DNA from: Nitrospirota bacterium
GTDB lineage: Bacteria > Nitrospirota > UBA9217
Length of the DNA: 64,000 nt
NCBI GenBank assembly: GCA_963840455.1
Contig: CAWIYV010000013.1
Coordinates: 1 to 64,000, forward strand
Reading direction: 5' to 3'
Position numbers and translations under genes: made by a program. Positions 40,171 through 49,005 of the stretch are shown in pieces; the first letter of the stretch is position 1; every line of letters begins with the position of its first letter. The notes below the pieces were generated by a model. That model did not search any database. It had not been told where the DNA came from and was given only the letters and a program-made list of their open reading frames with translations.

Positions 40171-40557
40171 CTATTTCCCGTTCTTGCTGTACTGGATGTT
40201 GATCTCGTAGGCGATGCTGGCGTGGCCGTGGCCGAGGTTCTCGGTCTTGCCGTGACAGTTGATGTTCCCCTTGACCGTGGGCTTCCGGTTCTTCACCAGG
40301 GAGGCGACGACGGGGGCAAGGTCGAAGCCGCCGTTGGTGCATTCGTCACGCATGCAGTCCAGGCGGAAGAAGGCATAGTTCGTGGGACAGAAGCTGACGG
40401 TGCGCTTCATCAGGACCGGGTCCGCGGTCTTCTGGTAATAGGTCATGCGGAACTCGATGTTCGCGACGCCGGGAAAGCGGTCCGAGACGAGGCCGGCCGC
40501 CAGCATGATGTTTTTCTTTACTTCAAGTTGTTCGCGGTAGCTCTGCTTGCGTATCAT
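40171..40557 (-). CDS. Conserved hypothetical Cys-containing protein
   Basis: 128 aa with GC3-biased codons; C....C..GGFDL....C motif. Confidence 0.7.
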   Translation of the reverse strand: MIRKQSYREQLEVKKNIMLAAGLVSDRFPGVANIEFRMTYYQKTADPVLMKRTVSFCPTNYAFFRLDCMRDECTNGGFDLAPVVASLVKNRKPTVKGNINCHGKTENLGHGHASIAYEINIQYSKNGK

Positions 40558-40584
40558 TTTTCCCCCATCGGCCCCGCCGTTGCC

Positions 40585-40623
40585 AAAAATAAAAGGCCGC
40601 AAAGACGCAGGTCTTTGTGGCCT
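40585..40623 (-). terminator. Terminator-like hairpin in the leader of the 40557 gene
   Basis: Minus strand AGGCCACAAAGAC-CTGC-GTCTTTGCGGCCT followed by TTTATTTTT. Confidence 0.6.
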
Positions 40624-40686
40624 GTCCAGTACAACCTTGATATATCCTTGCATATAGTATCCCACTTTTCACGCGAAATAGCAACA

Positions 40687-40740
40687 TATGTTTATATGTG
40701 CTGTCAAGCCAAAGTAGAAATGTCCTATGTTTATATGTGC
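40687..40740. promoter_or_regulatory. Two copies of a 15-bp operator-like motif in a divergent promoter region
   Basis: TATGTTTATATGTGC at 40687 and 40726; TTGACA (minus, 40702-07) and TGnTATAAT (plus, 40754-62) are adjacent. Confidence 0.65.
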
Positions 40741-40802
40741 CCGGAAGGTGATTTGCTATAATAGAGCAAGGAATCGCGGTCCGCAAAACAGGGAGGCTCA
40801 CC

Positions 40803-41450
40803 ATGAGGGTCCCGTTCTTATCCGCATTGATCATAGCCCTGCTCCTCTGCGATGCAGTTGCAGCCGAACAGCAGCTTACATCGCTGCAGCTGCCCGCGCC
40901 TCAGACCGATAGCGGCCGCCCCCTCATGCAGGTGCTGAAGGAGCGGAGCACGTCCAGGTCCTTCAGCTCCCGGAAGCTCCCTCCCCAGGTCCTGTCCAAT
41001 CTTCTCTGGGCCGCCTTCGGCATCAACCGGCCGGAGAGCGGACACCGGACCGCGCCTTCTGCCATGGACCGCCAGGAGATCGATATCTATGTCGCCATGG
41101 CGGAGGGACTGTATGTCTACGAGGCGAAGACCCATGTGCTCCAGCCGGTGCTCGCTGTGGACATCCGGGCCATGACCGGCCGCCAGTCCTTCGTTGCCGA
41201 TGCGCCTGTGAACCTCGTTTACGTGGCGGACCTTGGCCGCATGGGCAAGGCTTCGAAGGAGGAGCAGGACCTTTACTCAGCCGCAGACACGGGTTTCATC
41301 AGCGAGAACGTCTACCTGTTCTGCGCCTCCGAGGGTCTGGCAACGGTGGTGCGTGGGTCGGTTGACCGGGAGACCCTGGCGAAGGCGATGCGGCTCCGGC
41401 CAGACCAGAAGATTATCCTCGCCCAGACGGTCGGCTATCCGAAAAAATAG
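40803..41450 (+). CDS. Exported nitroreductase family (SagB-like) protein
   Basis: Signal peptide; R.TSRSF, LLWAA.GINR, RTAPSA and QTVGYP motifs. Confidence 0.85.
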   Translation: MRVPFLSALIIALLLCDAVAAEQQLTSLQLPAPQTDSGRPLMQVLKERSTSRSFSSRKLPPQVLSNLLWAAFGINRPESGHRTAPSAMDRQEIDIYVAMAEGLYVYEAKTHVLQPVLAVDIRAMTGRQSFVADAPVNLVYVADLGRMGKASKEEQDLYSAADTGFISENVYLFCASEGLATVVRGSVDRETLAKAMRLRPDQKIILAQTVGYPKK

Positions 41451-41464
41451 GGGAGGCTCGGGGG

Positions 41465-42463
41465 ATGGACCGGCGTGAGTTCCTGATCGCCGCGGGAGCG
41501 GGCCTGGCCCTGGCGGCAACAGACATACGGGGAGGGACAGAGGTGGCGCCGCAGAAACATCGCGAAACAAAGCAAGGGAAGACGAAGGTCTCGCTCATCA
41601 GGACCGCAGACCGCGCTAGCGGCATCCAGCGGGCCGTCGACCTGCTCGGTATCAATCCCGCCAAGGGAAAGGACGTGCTGCTCAAGCCGAACTTCAATAC
41701 GGCGGACCCCTTCCCCGGCTCAACGCACAACGACACGCTCACCCACCTAATCCTTCAGCTGAAGACCATGGGCGCAAAAAGCATTACCATCGGAGAGCGC
41801 AGCGGCCCGCCGGACACGGCCGACGTCCTGCAGGACAAGGGGATTTACGGCCTTAGCGAGAAGCTCGGTGTCGAGCTCATCGATTTCGAAAAGCTCCCCG
41901 CCAGCGACTGGGTGCGGATCACGCCCGAGAAGAGCAGCTGGAGGAACGGCTTCGAGGTTGCCCGGCCCGTAGTGGAGTCTCCCTGCGTGGTCACGACGTG
42001 CTGCCTCAAGACCCACGGTTTCGGCGGCGTCTTTACCATGTCCCTGAAGCTCTCGGTAGGCGTCACGCGCAAGCGGAACATGACCGAGCTTCATACCTCC
42101 TTCCTGAGCATGCGGCAGATGATCGCCGAGATCAACCAGGCCTACGCGCCGAAGCTCATCCTGCTGGACGGTATCGAAGCCTTCGTGGACGGCGGGCCAG
42201 GAAAGGGGACGAGAAGGAAAGCCGATGTCATCCTGGCCGGGACCGACCGTATCGCCATCGACGCCGTCGGCATTGCCATCCTCAAGGAACTGGGCAGCAA
42301 CAGCGCCATCATGGGGAAAAAGATCTTCGAGCAGGAGCAGATCAGCCGGGCCGTGGAGGTGGGGCTGGGCGTGTCGCGGCCCCGGGACATCGCGATCGTG
42401 ACGGATGACGCAGGGGGAAAACATTATGCTGAGCGACTGCGGGCCATTCTCGATGAGGGCTGA
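41465..42463 (+). CDS. Tat-exported DUF362 protein
   Basis: DRREFL signal; LLKPN, LKTH...FTMSLK and D.IAIDA motifs. Confidence 0.85.
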   Translation: MDRREFLIAAGAGLALAATDIRGGTEVAPQKHRETKQGKTKVSLIRTADRASGIQRAVDLLGINPAKGKDVLLKPNFNTADPFPGSTHNDTLTHLILQLKTMGAKSITIGERSGPPDTADVLQDKGIYGLSEKLGVELIDFEKLPASDWVRITPEKSSWRNGFEVARPVVESPCVVTTCCLKTHGFGGVFTMSLKLSVGVTRKRNMTELHTSFLSMRQMIAEINQAYAPKLILLDGIEAFVDGGPGKGTRRKADVILAGTDRIAIDAVGIAILKELGSNSAIMGKKIFEQEQISRAVEVGLGVSRPRDIAIVTDDAGGKHYAERLRAILDEG

Positions 42464-42511
42464 CCTGCGCGACCAGCGGCTATAATGCAACGTGCGGAAT
42501 AAGGAGGGAAC

Positions 42512-42898
42512 ATGAACTATCTGGTATTGCTGGGGAGGATATTGTATGCGTTGATCTTCGTGATGGCAGGGCCGGGGCATTTCACGGCGAACACCATCGC
42601 ATTTGCGGCGAGCAAGGGTGTGCCGCTGGCATCCATTGCCGTGCCGCTGTCGGGCATCATCGCCACGGCGGGAGGGTTGAGCATCGCTGCAGGATACAAT
42701 GCAAAATGGGGCGGCTGGCTGATCGTACTCTTTCTCGTCCCGGTCACGGTCATGATCCACAACTTCTGGGCAATGACCGACCCCAACATGTCGCAAGTGA
42801 ACCAGATCATGTTCATGAAGAACCTCTCGATGCTGGGTGCGGCGCTCCTCATCACGTACTTCGGGTCCGGGCCGCTGAGCGTAGACAACAGGAAATAG
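42512..42898 (+). CDS. DoxX family membrane protein
   Basis: LGRIL...IF, HNFW, FMKNLSMLG and G.GPLSVD motifs. Confidence 0.9.
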   Translation: MNYLVLLGRILYALIFVMAGPGHFTANTIAFAASKGVPLASIAVPLSGIIATAGGLSIAAGYNAKWGGWLIVLFLVPVTVMIHNFWAMTDPNMSQVNQIMFMKNLSMLGAALLITYFGSGPLSVDNRK

Positions 42899-42914
42899 GT
42901 TGCGGGAGGTCCTT

Positions 42915-43490
42915 ATGCAGACGACCCTGATCGCCATTGTGGCCTTGTCCGTGCTCTTTCAGTTTGTCGCGGCCCTCTTTGCCTTGCGGTTGATCCCGAT
43001 CACCGGAAAGAAAACTGCATGGCTGCTGGTCGCGGTCGCGATCTCGCTGATGACGGTGAGGCGGTTCCAGTCCCTGGTCCTCCTGGTCTCGGGGCAGTCG
43101 TCCGCAGCTCCCGACGCGTTCTTCGAGGCGGTCGGCCTGGTCATCTCTTGCTGCATGATGGCCGGGATCTACCTCATCCAGCCGCTGTTCAGAGCGGTGG
43201 CCTCTTCCCGGGACGAGCTTCGGGGCATGAACGAGAAGCTGTCGTCCCTGTCCGCAGAGCAGACAACGCTCATTGTCAAACTGCAGGATGCCCTTGCCAA
43301 GATCAAGACCTTGCGGGGGATGCTGCCGATCTGCGCGTCCTGCAAGAAGGTCCGCGATGACAAGGGCTACTGGAGCCAGATCGAGGTCTATGTCCGCGAC
43401 CACACCGATGCCGAGTTCACCCATGGCCTGTGCCCGGACTGCGCGAAGAAATATTTTGATGAGATTTCATTATTGAAACCGAAGACGTAA
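42915..43490 (+). CDS. Membrane protein with C-terminal PICxxCK...HGxCPxC metal-binding signalling domain
   Basis: Three TM segments, a coiled coil, then LPICASCKKVRDDKGYW...THGLCPDC. Confidence 0.8.
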   Translation: MQTTLIAIVALSVLFQFVAALFALRLIPITGKKTAWLLVAVAISLMTVRRFQSLVLLVSGQSSAAPDAFFEAVGLVISCCMMAGIYLIQPLFRAVASSRDELRGMNEKLSSLSAEQTTLIVKLQDALAKIKTLRGMLPICASCKKVRDDKGYWSQIEVYVRDHTDAEFTHGLCPDCAKKYFDEISLLKPKT

Positions 43491-43564
43491 ATGGCAGGGA
43501 CCGCAGCCCGGTAAGGGTGTTGATCCGGACGGGGCTGGGCGGGACGATGGAAAAGACGAATGGG

Positions 43565-43599
43565 ACGGCAGGGGCGGGAACAGGCCTTTGCCGTTTTTT
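43565..43599 (+). terminator. Intrinsic terminator
   Basis: ACGGCAGGGGC...GCCTTTGCCGT followed by a T run. Confidence 0.6.
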
Positions 43600-43704
43600 A
43601 TTATTCTGCAGACCTAGCGCACAGCAATACATTATTATGAGGAAATTGGTTTTGTTCAGAGCAGCACGTGTCTAGCTATTGCGCCTGGTTGTTTGTGGAT
43701 GTTG

Positions 43705-44164
43705 TTGCACATCTCTTTCGCGTCCTGAATGCGTTTCTTGACCCATCTAAGGCCACGTCCGCTCGATCGCGCAAACTCGGCCTTCGGCCTCGAACATGCG
43801 CATCGCCCTGCGGGACGCGGCCTTAGGCCAAGATGGGTGCCCAAGAAACGCATAGGTCCGCTCCAGAGACGTGCGGAGTTTGGGTAAAAGCCTCAAGCTT
43901 CTGCCTTTCCTAAGGCCTCTGCATCCCGTGAGCAGGTACGCGCACACGCATGCGGAAGCAACAACAGCCAGTGCCACCACGAAGACAGGCAGACACGGCC
44001 GAGCACTGATCCTCAGTGCGAGGGGAAGTGCTGCGATGTCTGAAAAAGCCCGTTATCAGAACCGGCAGTGCATGCCTGCGCGGACCTGTGAGCCGGGGTG
44101 CAGAAAAAAAATCATCGCCGTGTATACTCGACCCACTTGCGAAGGAGAAGACCCGAAAAAAATA
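43705..44164 (+). repeat. Composite repeat D + C + E, copy 1 (no MITE insertions)
   Basis: D 43705-43887, C 43919-44103, tail to 44164; colinear with 46214-46888. Confidence 0.9.
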
Positions 44165-44180
44165 TGAATGAGGTGCTCTC

Positions 44181-46115
44181 TTATTCACGGTTTCCCAATC
44201 CTTCAAAGAACCTCCTGAACTCCTCCCGGTCGTCGGTGATGCGGCATTTGGGGATCGATCGTAAGAAGGACCTGCCGTAGTTCTTCGTCATGATGCGCGA
44301 GTCCAGCACGGCGACCGCCCCTTTGTCCGTCTTCGTCCTGATGAGCCTGCCGAACCCCTGCCGGAACAACAGCGTCGCCTGCGGCACCTGATACTCATAG
44401 AACGGGTTCTTCAGCCGCTCCATGCGCGCCTCGATGAGCGGCTCGTCGGGCACGGCAAAGGGGAGCTTGGCGATCACGACGCACTGGAGTGCCTCGCCCG
44501 GGATATCGATGCCCTGCCAGAACGAGGCGGTGCCGAGCAGCACGGCGTTCGGGACCTCCTTGAACTGCTCTACCAGGCGGTAGGCCGGCATCTCGCCCTG
44601 GCACAGGATGCCGAGCTGCGGCAAGGCGCCTCGCAGCGTTCCCTTTGTCTTCCTGAGCTGGCTGTAGCTCGTGAACAGCACGAGCGTCCGGCCGCCGGTG
44701 ACGCCGAGTATCGTGAGGAGCTCCTTCTCGAACCGCTCCTGATATCCTGCAGCCTGCTGGTCGTCAAGGCCCGGCGAGATGTAGAGCAGGGCCTGGTTCT
44801 CGAAGTCGAAGGGCGAATCGAGCAGCAGCTCCGCGGGCGCGTCCAGGCCGACCCTTCCTTTTATATACTCGAAGGACCCAGCTGCCGAGAGCGTGGCCGA
44901 GGTCAGCACCGCGGTGTCGAGCCTGCCGAAGAGATGCTCCCGCAGGGTCTCGGCGATGTCGATGGGCGAGGCCACAAGGCGGTACTTCTTGTTCTCGCGC
45001 TCGGCCCAGTAGACAAAGCCCTCCTGCCCCTGGTCAAGATTGTGACGGATGGCGGACGCGAGACCGCCTGCCCTGCCCGCGAAGGCCCGCACCTCCTGCT
45101 CTTCCTCGTGCGTGTTCGCCTTGAGCGACAGGAGTGTGTCCTTCAGCTGGCTGAGGGGACCGGAAAGGATGTCGGGGACGATGTTCGGCCGGCGCACCCG
45201 GAGGACCGGCTCCTGCTTCAGCGCGTCGTGGAGGTTCAGGAAGAAGTTCTCGGCGGTGAGCCGGAGATCGTCCACGAGGTCGCGCGCGGTCCGGGCCGTG
45301 TGGTCCTGGATGGCGAGCCGGGTGAGCATCCCTTTGCGAGTCCGCTGGCTCAGGAGATTGTCCAGGAGGTAGCGGACCGAGTAGTTGGACACCTCGACGC
45401 CCAGGTAGTCCGTGGCCACGTCCTCGATCTGATGCGCTTCGTCGAACACGACGGCCTGGTGCTGGGGCAGGACGTTCCCGCCCGTGGCCATGTCGGCAAA
45501 GAAGAGGTGGTGGTTCGCCACGAGCACCTGGGCCTGCTGCTCCAGGAGCTTCCCCTTCTGGTAGAAACAGTCCTTGTAGCTGTGGCACTCCCTGCCGAAG
45601 CAGAGGTCCGCCTCGCGGTTCGCCTTTGCCCAGAGCGCCCCGGTGGGTTCGAAGGACAGCTCGCTCCGGAGGCCGGTGCGGGTATGCGTGGACCATTCGA
45701 AGAGCCGGTTCAGCGGTTCCACCTCGTTCTGCTCATAGAGGTCGCCCATGCGCAGCTGGTCGAAGCGCCGGAGGCAGAGGTAGTTCTCGCCGCCTACGCA
45801 GAGCGCCACACGGAAGTCGCCGATCACGGTCTTGAGGAAGGGGATGTCCTTTTTCACGATCTGCTGCTGGAGGGCCTTGGTGTAGGTGGCAACGACGACG
45901 CGGCAGTTCTCCTCGCGCGCCCAGAGTACGAGAGGCACAAGGTAGGCAAGGCTCTTGCCCACGCCGGTGCCCGCCTCGACGACGAGGTGGGTCTTGCTGC
46001 GGAGCGCCTTCTGGACGGCCTCGGCCATTTCCAGCTGCTGGGGCCGAAACTCGTAGTCATCGCCCATGGCGGCGGCGACGAGCCCGGCCTCTCCGAGGAT
46101 GTCGGTTATCTTCAT
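44181..46115 (-). CDS. dinG: DinG/YoaA-family ATP-dependent DNA helicase
   Basis: EAGTGVGKS, Fe-S cysteines, DEAH, TSATL and QGFGRLIR motifs. Confidence 0.9.
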   Translation of the reverse strand: MKITDILGEAGLVAAAMGDDYEFRPQQLEMAEAVQKALRSKTHLVVEAGTGVGKSLAYLVPLVLWAREENCRVVVATYTKALQQQIVKKDIPFLKTVIGDFRVALCVGGENYLCLRRFDQLRMGDLYEQNEVEPLNRLFEWSTHTRTGLRSELSFEPTGALWAKANREADLCFGRECHSYKDCFYQKGKLLEQQAQVLVANHHLFFADMATGGNVLPQHQAVVFDEAHQIEDVATDYLGVEVSNYSVRYLLDNLLSQRTRKGMLTRLAIQDHTARTARDLVDDLRLTAENFFLNLHDALKQEPVLRVRRPNIVPDILSGPLSQLKDTLLSLKANTHEEEQEVRAFAGRAGGLASAIRHNLDQGQEGFVYWAERENKKYRLVASPIDIAETLREHLFGRLDTAVLTSATLSAAGSFEYIKGRVGLDAPAELLLDSPFDFENQALLYISPGLDDQQAAGYQERFEKELLTILGVTGGRTLVLFTSYSQLRKTKGTLRGALPQLGILCQGEMPAYRLVEQFKEVPNAVLLGTASFWQGIDIPGEALQCVVIAKLPFAVPDEPLIEARMERLKNPFYEYQVPQATLLFRQGFGRLIRTKTDKGAVAVLDSRIMTKNYGRSFLRSIPKCRITDDREEFRRFFEGLGNRE

Positions 46116-46443
46116 GGGCAGGTACAGTACCACGGGGAAGGGGAGAAGGCAAACGGTTTCCTGAAAGACCCTTTGAAAGAAGGGAAGGGAAGGACACAAT
46201 CTGTTTGTTTATTTTGCACATCCCTTTCACGTCCTTAACGAAATTTCTGACCCGTCTAAGGTCACGTCCGCTCGCCCGCACAAACTCGGCCTGAGGCCTC
46301 AGACATGCGCGTTCGCCCTGACGGGACGCTACCTTTGGCCATGACAGGTGCCCCAGAAATTTCGTAGGTCCGCTCCAGGGACGTACGGAGTTTGGGTAAA
46401 GCCTTAAGCTTCTGTCTTTCCCAAGGCCCCTGCATCCCGTGAA

Positions 46444-46546
46444 TCCAGGAGCGAGCTCAGCCCCGCAGTTTGGGCTCAGCGAGCGACTAGAATAAAGACT
46501 ACCCTGAGGATCGAAGCTCCATGCAGTTTGCTTTTGGGAGCTTCAA
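46444..46546 (+). mobile_element. MITE family A inserted in module C
   Basis: catcccGTGAA|element|CAGGT vs the empty site catcccGTGAA|CAGGT at 20573. Confidence 0.9.
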
Positions 46547-46706
46547 CAGGTGCGCGCACAAGCATGCGAAAGCAAAAAAAGCCAGTGCCACCACGAAGGC
46601 AGGCAGACACGGCCGAGCCCGGCTGTGCCGGGCGAGGGGAAGTGCTGCGATGTCTGAAAAAGCTCAGTATCAGAACCAGCAGTGCATGCCTGCGCGAACC
46701 TGTGAA

Positions 46707-46812
46707 TCCAGGAGCGAGCGCATCCCGCGTGTTTTCGCGGGATTAGCGAACGATTAGGATAAACTTACCTTGAGGATCGTATCTCCATGCCTCTTGCTGC
46801 TGGGAGATACAA
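46707..46812 (+). mobile_element. MITE family A (divergent copy) inserted in module C
   Basis: acctGTGAA|element|CCGGGGTGCAG vs the empty site acctGTGAG|CCGGGGTGCAG at 44088. Confidence 0.9.
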
Positions 46813-46969
46813 CCGGGGTGCAGAAAAAAGAAGAGCAGCGCGGTGCATACTCGACTCACTTTCGATGGAAAAGACCCGAAAGAAAATAGTGCCTTTTTTA
46901 CGGCCGTACGTTTCCGCCTCGTAATGCAATGCCTTTTCAACTGACGGCAAGTGTTGTATCATACCTCCC

Positions 46970-47416
46970 ATGATCGCCGTGCTGCAACGGGTCTCCCAGG
47001 CCAAGGTCCTGATCAGGGGCGCCGGATCCTCCGCCATCGGCAAGGGTCTGCTGGTCCTGCTCTGCGCTGTGAAGGGCGACGGTGATGCGGACGTAGACTA
47101 CATGGTGAAAAAGACCTCCCAGCTCAGGGTCTTTGAGGACGAGGGCGGTAAAATGAACCGCTCCGTGGCGGACATCGGCGGCGAGGTGCTCATGGTATCG
47201 CAGTTCACGCTCGCCGGTGATACGAGGAAGGGGAACCGTCCGTCCTTTGGTGCGGCGGAAGTCCCTGAGCGGGCGAAAGAGCTTTATGAGGAGGTCGTGC
47301 GGAGGCTCGGGGAGGCCGGGTTGACCGTTCGAACCGGCGTCTTCGGCGAGATGATGGAGGTCTCGCTCGTCAACGACGGGCCGGTCACGGTGCTGCTCGA
47401 TTCGCGGGACCGGTAA
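46970..47416 (+). CDS. dtd: D-aminoacyl-tRNA deacylase
   Basis: QRVS.A.V, SQFTL, KGNRPSF and NDGPVT motifs. Confidence 0.97.
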   Translation: MIAVLQRVSQAKVLIRGAGSSAIGKGLLVLLCAVKGDGDADVDYMVKKTSQLRVFEDEGGKMNRSVADIGGEVLMVSQFTLAGDTRKGNRPSFGAAEVPERAKELYEEVVRRLGEAGLTVRTGVFGEMMEVSLVNDGPVTVLLDSRDR

Positions 47417-47581
47417 GGCCCGACAACTCTTTCTTGGTGTTCCCTTTTTGGGGTTGACAGTACCGATGTCTTACGGTACGATTGCAGCTACGATTCTGTC
47501 AACCAAAGGGACACGCTCCGGACAACCGGCGCATGCCCTTCGCATGAAAGACCTTTCCATCGTTGCTTCCAGGAGGCATAC

Positions 47582-48973
47582 ATGGGCATACGATTCTGCC
47601 GTATCATTCTACTCGTAGCGGCGACCTCGGTGATCGGAGGCTGTGCGATACCGCACATGCCGTTCCCGACGGACCCGAGCAATCCGCTCAAAAGGGTCGC
47701 GGTCCTTCCTATGCGGAACGACACGGACGACGTGGACGGCCCGAACGTGGTGCGGGAGAAGATGGCCGAGGCCCTGAGGAACCGGTCCTATGTTGTCATG
47801 GACGTCAAGGAATCGGACCAGATCCTCCGCGACCGGATGGGCATCAACCTGGGCGGGCAGCTCGAGATGACGACGCCGCAGAAGCTGGGCGAGACGCTGG
47901 GCGTCGAGGGCGTGCTGTACGGGACGCTGATGGACTTTGATGAGACGACCACGGGTGTATACAACGCGAGGAAGGTGCGCGGCATGTTCATGCTCGTGAA
48001 CACGGCGACGGGCCAGCCCATATGGTCGAGGGGCCTCGGCGTCAAGACCGAGCAGGGGACGTCGAGCATGGGGAGCGGCCTCGTGAAGCTCGGCGCGAGA
48101 GCGGCCGATGCACGAGAGAAAGATGCGCCGTGGGTCCTCCTCCAGAACACGACCACGAACCAGAGCACGAAGGATTCGTTCATCATGGGCCTGGGGGCCA
48201 AACTGCTTACCAAGGCCGTCGGCATCCACCTCGACTATGAGTCCAAGGAGCTTGCCCGCAGGGTGACGGACAACCTGCCGTGGGGCCCGGGCACAGGAGC
48301 CGGTCCTGGTGCGCCGGCCATCAAGATAGCCCTGCCGGAGATCAAGATGCCCGAGCCGCCCTCCTTCGGCTATATGGACTGGGAAGGGAAGAAGGACTTC
48401 TACGCGGTCGTGCATTCCGTAAGCCTCAACAAGAGCGACAATAAGAGCTGGGTCTTCGATGCGCCCCTCTGGATCACCGGCCCCAAGATGAAGATGGAAA
48501 TGGACATGACCAAGATGATGGAAGCGTCCGGCGGGAAGGATGCATCGCAGTCGCCCATGAGCAGGATGACCATGCTGAACCGCGGCGATAAGAAGACGAG
48601 CTACACGCTCTACCCGAACACCCGGAAGTACATCGTCCATACCGAGGCGGAGACGCATGATGAGAAGCCGAAGGTGGAGAAGGTCAAGGTCGGCAGCGAG
48701 ACCATCGACGGCCATCCCTGCGACAAGTACAAGGTAACGGTCACCTACAAGAGCGAGAAGCCGCAGGAAGGGTTCATCTGGAACGCCAGGGACCTGGGCG
48801 GCATGACGATCAGGAGCGAAGTGGAGAACAAGGACTTCAAGATCACGACGGACCTCAAGAACATCGTGCTCAAGTCGTCTCCCGCGGCGGTCTTCGAGAT
48901 CCCGCAGGGGTATACCGAGGCAAAGGATTTCATGGAGCTTATGATGTCCTCGGGGCAGCAGAAGCAGAAATAA
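47582..48973 (+). CDS. Lipoprotein: GNA1162/DUF799-like N domain plus DUF4412-like C domain
   Basis: Lipobox IGGC; VAVLP..N and LG..LGVEGVLYG; C-terminal G.ETIDGHPC.KY...FEIP.GY. Confidence 0.7.
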   Translation: MGIRFCRIILLVAATSVIGGCAIPHMPFPTDPSNPLKRVAVLPMRNDTDDVDGPNVVREKMAEALRNRSYVVMDVKESDQILRDRMGINLGGQLEMTTPQKLGETLGVEGVLYGTLMDFDETTTGVYNARKVRGMFMLVNTATGQPIWSRGLGVKTEQGTSSMGSGLVKLGARAADAREKDAPWVLLQNTTTNQSTKDSFIMGLGAKLLTKAVGIHLDYESKELARRVTDNLPWGPGTGAGPGAPAIKIALPEIKMPEPPSFGYMDWEGKKDFYAVVHSVSLNKSDNKSWVFDAPLWITGPKMKMEMDMTKMMEASGGKDASQSPMSRMTMLNRGDKKTSYTLYPNTRKYIVHTEAETHDEKPKVEKVKVGSETIDGHPCDKYKVTVTYKSEKPQEGFIWNARDLGGMTIRSEVENKDFKITTDLKNIVLKSSPAAVFEIPQGYTEAKDFMELMMSSGQQKQK

Positions 48974-49005
48974 CGGACGATCACAATCACGCAAGGAGGA
49001 TCCCT

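Larger units (their letters stand above)
46214..46888 (+). repeat. Composite repeat D + C + E, copy 2 (two MITE-A insertions in C)
   Basis: D 46214-46399, C 46430-46823 (interrupted), tail to 46888. Confidence 0.9.

Noticed and set aside
44181-46115. CasDinG of a type IV CRISPR system
   Set aside because: No csf/cas genes or repeat-spacer array; the context (dtd) is housekeeping
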